Positions 9,051 to 18,432 of a stretch of 32,000 nt of DNA are shown one piece after another. Under the pieces are notes generated by a model. It worked only from the letters and a program-made list of their open reading frames with translations. It ran no database searches and had not been told where the DNA came from. How positions within the stretch are numbered: position 1 is the stretch's first letter; each line of letters opens with the position of its first letter. The position numbers and the translations under genes were made by a program. Origin of the DNA: an uncultured archaeon (GTDB taxonomy: Archaea > Asgardarchaeota > Thorarchaeia > Thorarchaeales > Thorarchaeaceae); contig CAYHAA010000001.1 in NCBI GenBank assembly GCA_964354495.1, positions 120,001 to 152,000 on the forward strand, written 5' to 3'.

Positions 9051-9776
9051 ATGAGAACCATGCTTGGAAGCCTCAGGGAACGATACCAGCGTCTTATGAT
9101 GCCAGTCGGCCGAGTCATTGCCAAGACAGGCATCACACCCAACATAATCACTGGTCTCACTCTAGTCATTGCATTAATCACTGCATGGATATTCTATCAG
9201 GGATACCTTCTCCTCGGTCTACTGTTTCTATTACTGGCAGTCGTTATGGACATGTTTGATGGGGCTGTCGCCCGAGCTGCAGGTCTTTCATCAAAATTCG
9301 GAGCGACCTTTGACCACGTTCTAGATCGCTATGCGGAGTATCTCTTCATGCTTGGGCTCATGATGGGGCCGGTCGCAGTCACATGGCCATATTCCCTTGG
9401 TGGCAGCTTCATACCATGGTTCTGGGGCTTTTTCGCACTGTTTGGCATGGTAATGGCAAGTTTCACCCGGGCAAAAGCTGAGTCTGTAGGCGGGTTGAAG
9501 AGTTGTACAGTGGGAATCGCAGAGCGCCAGGAGAAGTTGCTACTGCAGATCGTGGGTATTCTTCTGCTTGCAATTCCCTCAACTAACATCTGGATTGATC
9601 TGCTGACACCGGTGCCTCCACTCCTGAATCTCTTTGTGGCTCTGAACATCACCAACATTCTGACTCTCTGCATTGTTATTGTTGGGATTCTCTCTCATAT
9701 TACGGTAGTACAGAGACTTCTCTATGCCCACAAAATGATTCTTGCATCGGAATCGGGTGACAGACCAGATGTATGA
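9051..9776 (+). CDS. pgsA: CDP-alcohol phosphatidyltransferase, probable archaetidylinositol phosphate synthase
   Basis: Signature DMFDGAVAR...SSKFGATFDHVLDRYAE; GITPNIIT; SFTRAKAES...VGIAERQEKL as in archaeal AIPS. Alternative start at 9060. Confidence 0.85.
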   Translation: MRTMLGSLRERYQRLMMPVGRVIAKTGITPNIITGLTLVIALITAWIFYQGYLLLGLLFLLLAVVMDMFDGAVARAAGLSSKFGATFDHVLDRYAEYLFMLGLMMGPVAVTWPYSLGGSFIPWFWGFFALFGMVMASFTRAKAESVGGLKSCTVGIAERQEKLLLQIVGILLLAIPSTNIWIDLLTPVPPLLNLFVALNITNILTLCIVIVGILSHITVVQRLLYAHKMILASESGDRPDV

Positions 9777-10683
9777 CATTGTTGTGATTGGTAGTCCTTC
9801 CTTTGACAGATTTGTAAGGGGGTCTGTTTCAGACAATGGGCGTTCTCTATCTGGTCCTGCTGCATATAGCGCAAGAAGCGCAGTTCAGTTAGGTATTCAA
9901 AACATGGCAATCGTCGGGTTTCTCAGTGAACAATACCGCGACCAATTTGCTGCCCAACTTGATGAGTTGGACATTCTGGAATATTATCCGATTAACTCAC
10001 CTGAGACCGGTGGTTTTGAGATAGAGTATAATGGTGGCGCTGATGCTTCCGTCGTCTCTGTTCTCGGAGTGCTCAAGTCAATTGGAATACGGGACATTCC
10101 TGATGAGTTCCTGTCTGCACGTATTATTCTTCTGACCCCGCTTCTACAGGAAATTGGTGCAGAGCTAATCGAATGGATATGCAACTCGTCTGATGCCACG
10201 ATTCTGCTTGATCCTCAGCTACGCGATGCTGGAGTCGATATGAAACCTAGAAACACATCTGTGCTAAATGTAATTGAAAAGACATGTTCTTTCTTGGACT
10301 TCATCAAACCAAATGAGCTTGAGGCATCACTCATCACTGGTGAAACGGACATGTATCTTGCCGCTGAACTGCTTGTCGAGTCCCTAGCGGACAGCTGCAT
10401 CATAACTATGGGCAAGAATGGTAGTTTCATCTATGACGGACATAGTTTCGTGGTTGTTCCAACGTATCCGACTCAGCCAAAAGACACTCTTGAAGCAGGT
10501 GCCACATACCTCGGCGGATTTGCATCTGGCCTCTTGGAAGGATGGAACCTTGCTGATTGTGGTGCTCTGGGAGCGGCAGCAGCAAGCCAAAGAATTGAGA
10601 ATTCAGGTCTGGACTTCAGTGTTAATCGCTCTGAAGTCGAGAAAAGGGCAGCACAGATTGCTCATGATATATTGATTAAATAG
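9769..10683 (+). CDS. PfkB/ribokinase-family protein with degenerate catalytic motif
   Basis: IVVIG..SFD start, FIKPNELEA, IITMGKNGS. The PfkB signature-2 region reads DTLEAGATYLGGF instead of DTxGAGDxFxxGF. Start overlaps the upstream stop by 8 nt. Confidence 0.85.
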   Translation: MYDIVVIGSPSFDRFVRGSVSDNGRSLSGPAAYSARSAVQLGIQNMAIVGFLSEQYRDQFAAQLDELDILEYYPINSPETGGFEIEYNGGADASVVSVLGVLKSIGIRDIPDEFLSARIILLTPLLQEIGAELIEWICNSSDATILLDPQLRDAGVDMKPRNTSVLNVIEKTCSFLDFIKPNELEASLITGETDMYLAAELLVESLADSCIITMGKNGSFIYDGHSFVVVPTYPTQPKDTLEAGATYLGGFASGLLEGWNLADCGALGAAAASQRIENSGLDFSVNRSEVEKRAAQIAHDILIK

Positions 10684-10691
10684 ACATCGAC

Positions 10692-11051
10692 CTAGTCCGT
10701 CTTGTCGAATACCAAGGAGAGGGTCTTTAGAAGGAAAGCCTTCGCATCAGACATTGCAGCCCTTCCTTTTTCTGTAATGGCATAGTACTTTCGTGGCGAG
10801 TCATCAGGCTGTTGTTCTTCAATGAGCCCATCATTAATCAGACGATAGATGATGGCGTAGCCACTGACTGTGGCGGGTGAGAAACCGAATCTCTCACGAA
10901 TAAGCCGCTTGATCTCATATCCGTAGTGAGGTTTCTCTTGAAGAAGCCGTAGAATGTACATCCACAGCATCTCCTTGGTAAGCTTGCTCACAAGTCTGTT
11001 GATGGCCTTTAGCTTGTTTCCTTCACCTGATTGTTGACCCTCCGTCATCAT
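10692..11051 (-). CDS. PadR-family transcriptional regulator
   Basis: LWMYILRLLQEKPHYGYEIKRLI...SPATVSGYAIIYRLINDGLI...RKYYAITEKG. Start ATGATGA overlaps the trmY stop. Confidence 0.92.
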   Translation of the reverse strand: MMTEGQQSGEGNKLKAINRLVSKLTKEMLWMYILRLLQEKPHYGYEIKRLIRERFGFSPATVSGYAIIYRLINDGLIEEQQPDDSPRKYYAITEKGRAAMSDAKAFLLKTLSLVFDKTD

Positions 11052-11623
11052 TTGACCATCCTTTCGAATTTTGAGATAACTGAAGCGACGCAATGACTGC
11101 TGAGATAGCTTGTTTTTCCCAGTGATATTCTCGGCAGGCCATGCTTCGATACGAGCTCTTCTGCGCGGGAATCATAGCCCCTATGGTCTCCGAGCATAAA
11201 ACTATTCTGCGTTCCAGAAACCTGTATCTTGCAGTCCTTAAAGTATCTTCCTTCTTCATGAAGTACCCACAGTTGCGATCTTGATGGTTGAGTGAGGTTT
11301 CTAATCATGGACTCGAGATTGTCTTGTGTGACCCTGACATAGTCCGGTGGGTCTCCCCGTAATGCATTCTTGACAACCATTGCCCATCCTTGTTCGCCTA
11401 TTGGCATTCTCTCATTCGGTGTCTGGAAGGTCAGAAGGACTTGGTCACTGAAAAGGGCACTGAACTCAAGCTGGCTAAGAGGCCAATCAGTAGGACCCCA
11501 GTCAAAGCATGCTGCCAAGTCACGACATAAAACATCAACGCGCTTGCCTATTCCCGGTAGGTCTCTGAGAGGAAAATCGTCCGAAGGAGGAACCGCTGGC
11601 AGAAGCTGAATGAATCTCAGCAT
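11048..11623 (-). CDS. trmY: tRNA (pseudouridine-54-N1)-methyltransferase (SPOUT, DUF358)
   Basis: DFPLRDLPG.GKRVDVLCR; LHEEG; FMLGDHRG; ISLGKTSYLSSHCV. Start re-called to ATG 11623. Confidence 0.85.
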   Translation of the reverse strand: MLRFIQLLPAVPPSDDFPLRDLPGIGKRVDVLCRDLAACFDWGPTDWPLSQLEFSALFSDQVLLTFQTPNERMPIGEQGWAMVVKNALRGDPPDYVRVTQDNLESMIRNLTQPSRSQLWVLHEEGRYFKDCKIQVSGTQNSFMLGDHRGYDSRAEELVSKHGLPRISLGKTSYLSSHCVASVISKFERMVK

Positions 11624-11659
11624 AGTGGGTCTAGAGTCGAATTGCATATGGCAAACCTG

Positions 11660-12760
11660 CTAGCCAGTCTTTTTCTTCGCCCAGTAGGGTGTGACGGTTT
11701 CAAGGACCTTGTCGATTATCTCGTCGTTTGATTTCAAAATAAGTGGGTTGCTCTCTCGTTCTATCTGGTCTTCAAGTGCTGGCCTTTGCCTGCCTGCCAG
11801 TCCATCGAGGCTTGCATGGATTGACGGACCGAGTGCGAATGGATTGTAACCACCCTCTAGGACCCATACGGAGCCGAATGCGTTCAATGATTGGACCATC
11901 TTGCTAATCGAGTCACCGAATTCCCAGTAGGTTCTTGAATCAACATCCATATTGCCCACAGGGTCAGCATAGTGTGCGTCATATCCAGCTGAAACCATGA
12001 TGAGTTGAGGCTTGAATGCCTTGAGCGCAGGTTCCAGTACACGTTTGATTGCTGTCTCATAGGAAGCGTCAGGGGATGTTTCAACGAGAGGAACATTGAT
12101 GTTGGTCCCTTTTCCCTCACCATACCCTATCTCTGTATAGTGGCCTAATCCGAAGTTATCATAGTCATACTCGTGAAATGAGATATATTGAACATTCGGA
12201 TTCGTGTAGAAAATCTCGGATGTGCCATTGCCATGATGGTCATCAAAATCGACGATTGAAACGCGGCGAACTCGTTCATCCTGCATGGCATGTTTCGTTG
12301 CGATAGCGACATTGTTGAAGTAGCATAGCCCCGCTGGATCTGAGGTTGTGGCATGGTGACCAGGAGGTCTCATGAGAACAAAAGTGTGCTTGACGTTTCC
12401 TGAAAGTACAACATCAGTTCCCTTCATTGCTCCTCCCACTGCAAGAAGTGCAGTTTGAAAGAGACCCGGACTTGCATAGGCCGACTCTCCGAGTTGACCT
12501 GTTCCAATGTTGGAGAGGATTTCAACACTGTCGACAAGGTATGGCGAGTGGACAAGTAAGACGTCTTTCGTGCTTGCGCGAGGTGCTCTGAGCCTCACTG
12601 TTTGGTTGAGTACTCCACTCTTTTCCAAGTACCTCTCAGCCATCTGGTATCGTAATGGATTCTCGAAAGACTCAAGGTGTGGTTTTGGGAATGGCATCTG
12701 ATGCATGCTTGCCTTGGGGTGGGAGATGAATGCGATTTTATTCTCGGGCACATCAATCAC
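11660..12760 (-). CDS. Histone deacetylase / acetylpolyamine amidohydrolase family Zn-dependent deacylase
   Basis: HLESFENPLR, RPPGHHA, GLCYFNN, DFDDHHGNGT, SAGYDAHYADPVG, LEGGY. Confidence 0.95.
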   Translation of the reverse strand: MIDVPENKIAFISHPKASMHQMPFPKPHLESFENPLRYQMAERYLEKSGVLNQTVRLRAPRASTKDVLLVHSPYLVDSVEILSNIGTGQLGESAYASPGLFQTALLAVGGAMKGTDVVLSGNVKHTFVLMRPPGHHATTSDPAGLCYFNNVAIATKHAMQDERVRRVSIVDFDDHHGNGTSEIFYTNPNVQYISFHEYDYDNFGLGHYTEIGYGEGKGTNINVPLVETSPDASYETAIKRVLEPALKAFKPQLIMVSAGYDAHYADPVGNMDVDSRTYWEFGDSISKMVQSLNAFGSVWVLEGGYNPFALGPSIHASLDGLAGRQRPALEDQIERESNPLILKSNDEIIDKVLETVTPYWAKKKTG

Positions 12761-12771
12761 ACGAAGACACT

Positions 12772-14247
12772 CTATTGTTTAGGCTTAACTCTTGTCATTC
12801 TCTTGTGAAACTGAGGTTCTATAGGAAGTACATACCTGTAAAGGACGTTGAGGACCTGTTTTGCAAGGACACTCTGTTCCGTCACTTGTGAGAGTCCTTC
12901 TATGGTATTCTTGCCAAGAAAGTCCTCAATCATATCATTGGCACGTGTCCACTCTCTCCTCTCCTCCGAGCAGACATAGCCATCTGCCATAACGGCTTCA
13001 GGATGCGCTGATCTGAATTCTGCTGCTGCAATTTCCAGATGAACAGGAGGCCCCCTACGAAGGTATGTTGGCGTTATTATGGGGTGTTTAATGAGTAGTC
13101 CAAGGGCGTAGAGGTCATTTCTGAAATAGACCTCGGTGAGGACTTCGCCAAATCTTGGTTCCCCTGTTCGTTCATTTGTCATTTCAGTCTGCAGTCTTTT
13201 GGCCACACGATGTATCTTGTCTCGAAGAATGGTATAGTGTGTTGTTCCATCTGAAACGAATTCGTACGCGAAACCATGGTGCCTAAGCCACTTGGGCAAA
13301 TCCTTGTCTGGAATTGGTGCTTCAATTAGCTCGGCGGTAATGACCTCTTGATCACTCGAAGCCAAGAAGTTTCGAAATCTGGCTGCCCTATGCTGTATCC
13401 ATCGATATGCCCTAGGACTGAAGCTAGATGCGACGTTTCTACTCAGGTCTGTCGGATCGATCACAAAGACATAGTCATCACGAAATGCTGGTATCTCTCT
13501 GATGTCGTTGACTGTTCGCTTCAAAGGGTCAAGGGGTTCTGTATCAAGATGCTGCAGTCTGTAAAAGGCACTATCGAGATTCGGTGTGGCCACAACTATG
13601 AGTTCGAGAGAAACGCCTGTCAATCCCATTCTTCCAACTGCGCATGTATCTCCATAGGCATGACCTGCCCTGACGAATGACTTGAGGATACGTGCATCTT
13701 CTCTCTTCTTTCTTGTCAAGTGTTCTGATACGTACCGTGAATGATGGACGGTCCTGTCGACAGCGGTGATAGGTCCTTGACGGGCAAGCGTATCGGCGTC
13801 AATATCAAAACAGCCCAGAATATCGACGTCCATCCCCTGCGTTCTGAGACTGAGAAAGGGATGCTGCGAGAACGCTCTCTGTACCTTCTCGACATCGAGA
13901 TGAGCGATAGCTGGCGCGAACCACTCGTCCACTAAATCATTCATGAGTGAATCAATGGCCTGACGTCTGTCCTGCTGCGGTTTCCTAAGAGCATCTGGAT
14001 AGTCCTCCGGCCTAAGACCAACGAAAAGATCGATATCCGATGCACCCCTGAGTTGAGTCTGTTTCCTCCCTGTCGACCCCTGTGCTTCGATGAAGGAGTA
14101 TGTGTATTCGCATGACTCTGCCTGTTTGGCGAGGGCTGAGGTCAGTAGTGCTATCACTCTCTTTTGGTTCTGTACCTCTTCCTTAGTTGGCGTGATTTGC
14201 GCAAGAACTCTCTCTCTGACTGAGTCTGGCAACAGGTCGGACAACAT
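12772..14247 (-). CDS. cca: Archaeal (class I) CCA-adding enzyme
   Basis: QGSTGRKQTQLRGASDIDLF nucleotidyltransferase motif; AVDRTVHHSRYV; ARILKSF; FVIDPTDLSRNVASS; C-terminal RRGPP. Confidence 0.9.
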   Translation of the reverse strand: MLSDLLPDSVRERVLAQITPTKEEVQNQKRVIALLTSALAKQAESCEYTYSFIEAQGSTGRKQTQLRGASDIDLFVGLRPEDYPDALRKPQQDRRQAIDSLMNDLVDEWFAPAIAHLDVEKVQRAFSQHPFLSLRTQGMDVDILGCFDIDADTLARQGPITAVDRTVHHSRYVSEHLTRKKREDARILKSFVRAGHAYGDTCAVGRMGLTGVSLELIVVATPNLDSAFYRLQHLDTEPLDPLKRTVNDIREIPAFRDDYVFVIDPTDLSRNVASSFSPRAYRWIQHRAARFRNFLASSDQEVITAELIEAPIPDKDLPKWLRHHGFAYEFVSDGTTHYTILRDKIHRVAKRLQTEMTNERTGEPRFGEVLTEVYFRNDLYALGLLIKHPIITPTYLRRGPPVHLEIAAAEFRSAHPEAVMADGYVCSEERREWTRANDMIEDFLGKNTIEGLSQVTEQSVLAKQVLNVLYRYVLPIEPQFHKRMTRVKPKQ

Positions 14248-14357
14248 GTATACCCATCACTACGTCCTCGGCGCATCCTAAGAATGTTAGCCTCGTCGAA
14301 AGTCCCGCATGTTTAAAGCCAGTTGCAGACCTGTGAAACACTCGCGAGTGAACAGAG

Positions 14358-14876
14358 GTGGATGGACTGACGAAGTTGGTACCCATAGCAATCACTATTC
14401 TCTCCTGCAAAGACAGCTACCTATTCTTGAAACGTCGAAATCCCCCCTATGAGGGTCTTTGGAGTCTTGTTGGGGGAAAAGTTGCACTCGGCGAACATAT
14501 ACAAGCCGCAGCGATAAGAGAGGTCAAGGAAGAAACAGGGGCAAAACAGGTCCGCGACTATGAGTATCGTGGAATGGTGTCGGAACGACTCGTTGATAGC
14601 CGCGGAGACCTCTCTGCACATTTTTTGATTTTCGTTGGACTGGCTATCATTGATGACTTCAAGACAGACGATAGAGAGGGAAGTCTCTCTCTGTTCAAGA
14701 AGGAGGAGATTGAGGCTGCACGTGCACACTTCTTGCCATCGGATCTTGAGATGTTCAGACGATTTCTACAGAAGAGCAAAGGACCTCAAATGCATGAAGC
14801 AGAACTCCTACATGATGATAAGGGGTATCATTTAGTATACTACAGGGCGTCTACCAATGAACATCGAAGAGATTGA
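14358..14876 (+). CDS. NUDIX hydrolase
   Basis: Intact Nudix box GGKVALGEHIQAAAIREVKEETG; KRRNPPYEGLWSLVG; GTG start. Confidence 0.92.
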   Translation: MDGLTKLVPIAITILSCKDSYLFLKRRNPPYEGLWSLVGGKVALGEHIQAAAIREVKEETGAKQVRDYEYRGMVSERLVDSRGDLSAHFLIFVGLAIIDDFKTDDREGSLSLFKKEEIEAARAHFLPSDLEMFRRFLQKSKGPQMHEAELLHDDKGYHLVYYRASTNEHRRD

Positions 14877-15831
14877 AGTATCACCCCTAGCCGCCGAGAG
14901 TCTAGGTGTTCGTTCGCTATGCACCCTAGTAAGAACCCCCGATGTGAGCGTTCTCTTTGACCCCTCTGCAGCCCTTGCCAGACGGTATGGTCTTGAACCA
15001 CATCCAATGGAATACTTGGCGTTGCGAGACTCTCTTGAGCGAATAAGAGCCGCTACAAAAGATGCTGATATTGTCTCCATTTCACACTATCACTATGACC
15101 ATGTGCGTCCAGGGTTTACTAACTACCTCTATAATCTCAGCACCCGGGATGAAAGAAAGGAGACCTTGAAGGGCAAAGTTGTCTATGCAAAGGATTATCG
15201 CGAGAACATCAACTCGTCCCAGAGACGACGGGGATTCTTCTTCCAGAAAGACATCAAGTCTGTGGTCAAAGACCTTCAGTGGGCGGATGGGAGACAACTC
15301 ACCTTTGGCAATACAACGATAACATACTCACGGCCACTGCCACATGGATCCGTCGACAGTGCTCTTGGGTACGTGCTTATCACGACAATCGAACACAATG
15401 GAACCCGGTTTCTCTTTGCTCCCGACGTTCAAGGACCGATTGCCCATGAAACTCTGGCCTACATTTTGTCTCAAGAACCCGATTTGGTGATTGTTGGCGG
15501 CCCGCCCACCTACCTGAGCAATCTCAGCAAGGATGAAGTTCAATCTGCCCTCTACTCACTGTCAAACCTTGCCTCTGTAATATCCACTCTGGTTGTAGAT
15601 CATCACAACATGCGTGACTCTGCTTGGAGTGATTGGATTCGTCCGGTACTGAATGTGGCTGAAGAATCGGGAAATAAGACAATGACAATGGCAACTCTCG
15701 CGGGTCAAGACAACAGGTGTTTCGAAGCTGAACGGTCAGAGTTGTACAGAAGCAAACCGCCAAGTGAGGAGTTTCTCATTTGGTCCCGAGCCAGTGAGGA
15801 ACATAAGGTTCGGAACATGCCTCCGCTCTGA
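14857..15831 (+). CDS. Metallo-beta-lactamase-fold hydrolase, UPF0282/COG2248 family
   Basis: PLAAESLGVRS, DPSAAL, ISHYHYDH, WADG, PLPHG, APDVQGP, GGPPTYL, VVDHH. Confidence 0.9.
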   Translation: MNIEEIEVSPLAAESLGVRSLCTLVRTPDVSVLFDPSAALARRYGLEPHPMEYLALRDSLERIRAATKDADIVSISHYHYDHVRPGFTNYLYNLSTRDERKETLKGKVVYAKDYRENINSSQRRRGFFFQKDIKSVVKDLQWADGRQLTFGNTTITYSRPLPHGSVDSALGYVLITTIEHNGTRFLFAPDVQGPIAHETLAYILSQEPDLVIVGGPPTYLSNLSKDEVQSALYSLSNLASVISTLVVDHHNMRDSAWSDWIRPVLNVAEESGNKTMTMATLAGQDNRCFEAERSELYRSKPPSEEFLIWSRASEEHKVRNMPPL

Positions 15832-16011
15832 AAAGGAGTTCTAATAGGAACTACATAACATCTTATTAGAATGAGAAACATGAACTTACATAGTTGAGTC
15901 GAAGTAGTTTAGACTGACATGTCTACGTGCCAACTGGTAGCACCAGACACATAGGTCCCGAATATGTTTCTTCGGCCTCTCAAAGCGGTGTAATGGAGGT
16001 GAAAGCAGGTC

Positions 16012-16548
16012 TTGCAGGACATTGAAGGCAACAAGACGCGGGCGCTTCTTGAACGCTTCAAGAATGCAGTTGGCCGAGCTGATGAATGCCTGACTGAGGA
16101 ACAATATCAACAAGCAATGGCACTATACTATGATGCCAGCCAGTCCGCTGATGAGATGACACAGCGTTTCCTCACCCTCCTGATGAAGACAGCACCGACT
16201 ACTGCTCACAAGACCGTCTTTGTCGAGTTTCTCTCGTGGCGCCTACGTTACTATACAGCTCAGTATGACTATCATCTTGCAGTAGCCCAGACCCTCACAG
16301 GTCTACCAAGAGAAGAGTGGATAGCTCGCTTGGAGACAATCCTAGTTCTCTCTCAGAGTCTGGTGGACAAAATACTGCCGATTTATAATGAGACTGAGGA
16401 CTCTGGAATACATCTCCGAATCAAGGATTTGCTGGATGATTGGATCACTGGTATTCGAAATCTTGTCCTAAATCTAAGATCCTGGGGAATGGCGAGTGCT
16501 CAGGCATCGCGAGTGCTAGAGTGGGCAATGGATAACGGTATCGATTAG
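16012..16548 (+). CDS. Hypothetical all-helical protein
   Basis: 178 aa ORF with TTG start about 9 nt after GGAGGTGA; amphipathic helical pattern; no family recognised. Confidence 0.7.
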   Translation: MQDIEGNKTRALLERFKNAVGRADECLTEEQYQQAMALYYDASQSADEMTQRFLTLLMKTAPTTAHKTVFVEFLSWRLRYYTAQYDYHLAVAQTLTGLPREEWIARLETILVLSQSLVDKILPIYNETEDSGIHLRIKDLLDDWITGIRNLVLNLRSWGMASAQASRVLEWAMDNGID

Positions 16549-16558
16549 GTGGCCTGTT

Positions 16559-16774
16559 CTACTCTTTAGACTCACCTTTGATAAAAGCAATAGCGACCTC
16601 TGTATCTGCGAGTTGACGATGGCTATCCAAATAGCATATGAGATAATGGTTCTTGTGTTTGATTACAATAGGGGCTGGAAATCGTTTCACTTCCTTGAGC
16701 TCATCTGTCGGAACTTCCCAGTGTATCGACTCCTTGCAGACCGGACACTGGAACCATTTTAGCCCTTCAGCCAT
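16559..16774 (-). CDS. Small Cys/His (putative zinc-binding) protein
   Basis: MAEGLKWFQCPVCKESIHWEVP...KHKNHYLICYLDSH; start re-called to ATG 16774. Confidence 0.65.
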   Translation of the reverse strand: MAEGLKWFQCPVCKESIHWEVPTDELKEVKRFPAPIVIKHKNHYLICYLDSHRQLADTEVAIAFIKGESKE

Positions 16775-16884
16775 TAGAACCACCTGCCGTAACATAGGCG
16801 GGCAGTGTCAGAGTCAGCAACGACATTAAAAACGTTTTCTAGGGGAGTCACATTGCTTGCATGTGCAAGCCTAGGCTCTAGAGT

Positions 16885-17718
16885 TCAGTCCTCATCGAGA
16901 TCCAAGTCCCAAGCTCCAGGATCTTCAAGGTCCCGACTCATTATGGGCCCCTTTCGTGCTTCAAGGCTTGAGACGTCATAGCGATCTGTGTCTACCACAA
17001 GTTCGTCAGACTCCTCGTCCAAGTACGCTGGTATCAGGCCCTCCTGTATGCCTTTCTGTATCAGCATCCTGAGTTTCTTTCGCTCAAGACCGGTGCTTTG
17101 TTCCAGACCTGCAATCGTTACTGCTGCCTCTGCTTCGAGGGATGAGCGCACAAAACCTGCCAAGACGTGTGAGAATGATCTCCTGATCTTTGCGAGCCTA
17201 CCTGCATCAACAGTCCTGACTAGCTTCGACTCGATAGCACGATCCGCGTCATCGAATCGATACTCACTGAGCATCAAGGCTACGAATAGGAGCTCATCTA
17301 GACTTCCCCTAGCACTCTCTCTCACAGTCTTGATCAAGTCACGAGCGAACTCCAGATTTCCTCCAGTGATTGCGCAGAATGCACCATCAACTAGGTAGAT
17401 AAGATCCTTCTCTTCCTCCGCAGCAGAAACATATGCCTCCGCGGCAATCTGGCAGTCAATTTCGAATTTATCGTGTTCGCCCTGCCTAACCCAGGATGAG
17501 CCTGCTTCAATCATGATTGCTGCCGCCGCTGCATAGTTCTGAGATAGCATACCATGTTCGTATGCTCTCTCGTAGGCACTTGCGGCCTTCGAGAACATCT
17601 CCCATCCCTTCCAGCAGTTAGCTGCCTTGATGAATTGCGCCATAGCATCAGCATTACTACCGCTGGTAGCCATCTTCTCTGCAAGGTCCTCTTGCTTCTG
17701 GCAATCTGCTGGCTGCAT
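16885..17718 (-). CDS. SNAP/TPR-like helical-repeat protein with C-terminal PCI-like winged helix
   Basis: Ala-rich repeats ([43 protein letters not shown]). C-terminal [43 protein letters not shown] fits a PCI/WH pattern. Start re-called to ATG 17718 (GGAGG upstream). Confidence 0.7.
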   Translation of the reverse strand: MQPADCQKQEDLAEKMATSGSNADAMAQFIKAANCWKGWEMFSKAASAYERAYEHGMLSQNYAAAAAIMIEAGSSWVRQGEHDKFEIDCQIAAEAYVSAAEEEKDLIYLVDGAFCAITGGNLEFARDLIKTVRESARGSLDELLFVALMLSEYRFDDADRAIESKLVRTVDAGRLAKIRRSFSHVLAGFVRSSLEAEAAVTIAGLEQSTGLERKKLRMLIQKGIQEGLIPAYLDEESDELVVDTDRYDVSSLEARKGPIMSRDLEDPGAWDLDLDED

Positions 17719-17752
17719 CTGTTTCCTGCCTCCAGAAGCAATGGTCTTCTGA

Positions 17753-18430
17753 CTACCTGACCACGCCATCTTTCATATGGAGAATCTTCTTGGCAAACTT
17801 CACGAGTTCCTCGTTATGAGTGACAAGAACGACTGTCATGTTCTTCTCCTTGTTGAGTTGCGCTATGATCTTCAGAATGTTCTCGCCAGTCTTTGAGTCG
17901 AGATTACCAGTTGGTTCATCGCAGAACAGAATCGGAGGACCGTTGATTAATGCACGTGCTATTGCTATACGTTGTTGCTCTCCACCACTCATCTGTCGTG
18001 GGAAATGGTCGCGACGCTCTAGCATGTCAACTTCTCTCAGGACTTCCAATGTCCTGGCTTCCTGCTTCTCCTTTGTATAGTCCACACTGGGCCAGAGGAC
18101 TGCCTCTACATTCTCATAGGCTGTCAAGTCCTCAATGAGCAGGAACGCTTGGAATACGAAACCTATCTTCTGCATACGGACCTTGGGGAGATCCCTCTCG
18201 CTGATGAGAGTGACATCTACTCCATCGACCAGTATTCGACCCGATGTCGGTTGCTCAAGACCCGCCATGATATGAAGGAGGGTTGACTTGCCACATCCAC
18301 TTGGACCGACAACAGCCACGAATTCGCCTTTCTGAATCTCGAGGTTCACGTCCTTCAAAGCTGCTACAGTATTCTTTCCTTTGCCGTATTCCTTGTTGGC
18401 TCCTTGAACCTGTATGATTGGTTGTACCAT
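17753..18430 (-). CDS. ABC transporter ATP-binding protein, LolD/FtsE family
   Basis: [47 protein letters not shown]. Confidence 0.95.
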   Translation of the reverse strand: MVQPIIQVQGANKEYGKGKNTVAALKDVNLEIQKGEFVAVVGPSGCGKSTLLHIMAGLEQPTSGRILVDGVDVTLISERDLPKVRMQKIGFVFQAFLLIEDLTAYENVEAVLWPSVDYTKEKQEARTLEVLREVDMLERRDHFPRQMSGGEQQRIAIARALINGPPILFCDEPTGNLDSKTGENILKIIAQLNKEKNMTVVLVTHNEELVKFAKKILHMKDGVVR

Positions 18431-18432
18431 TC

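Noticed and set aside
11660-12760. HDAC as evidence of eukaryote-like chromatin regulation
   Set aside because: HDAC-family deacylases are widespread in prokaryotes, and no histone or chromatin genes are linked here.
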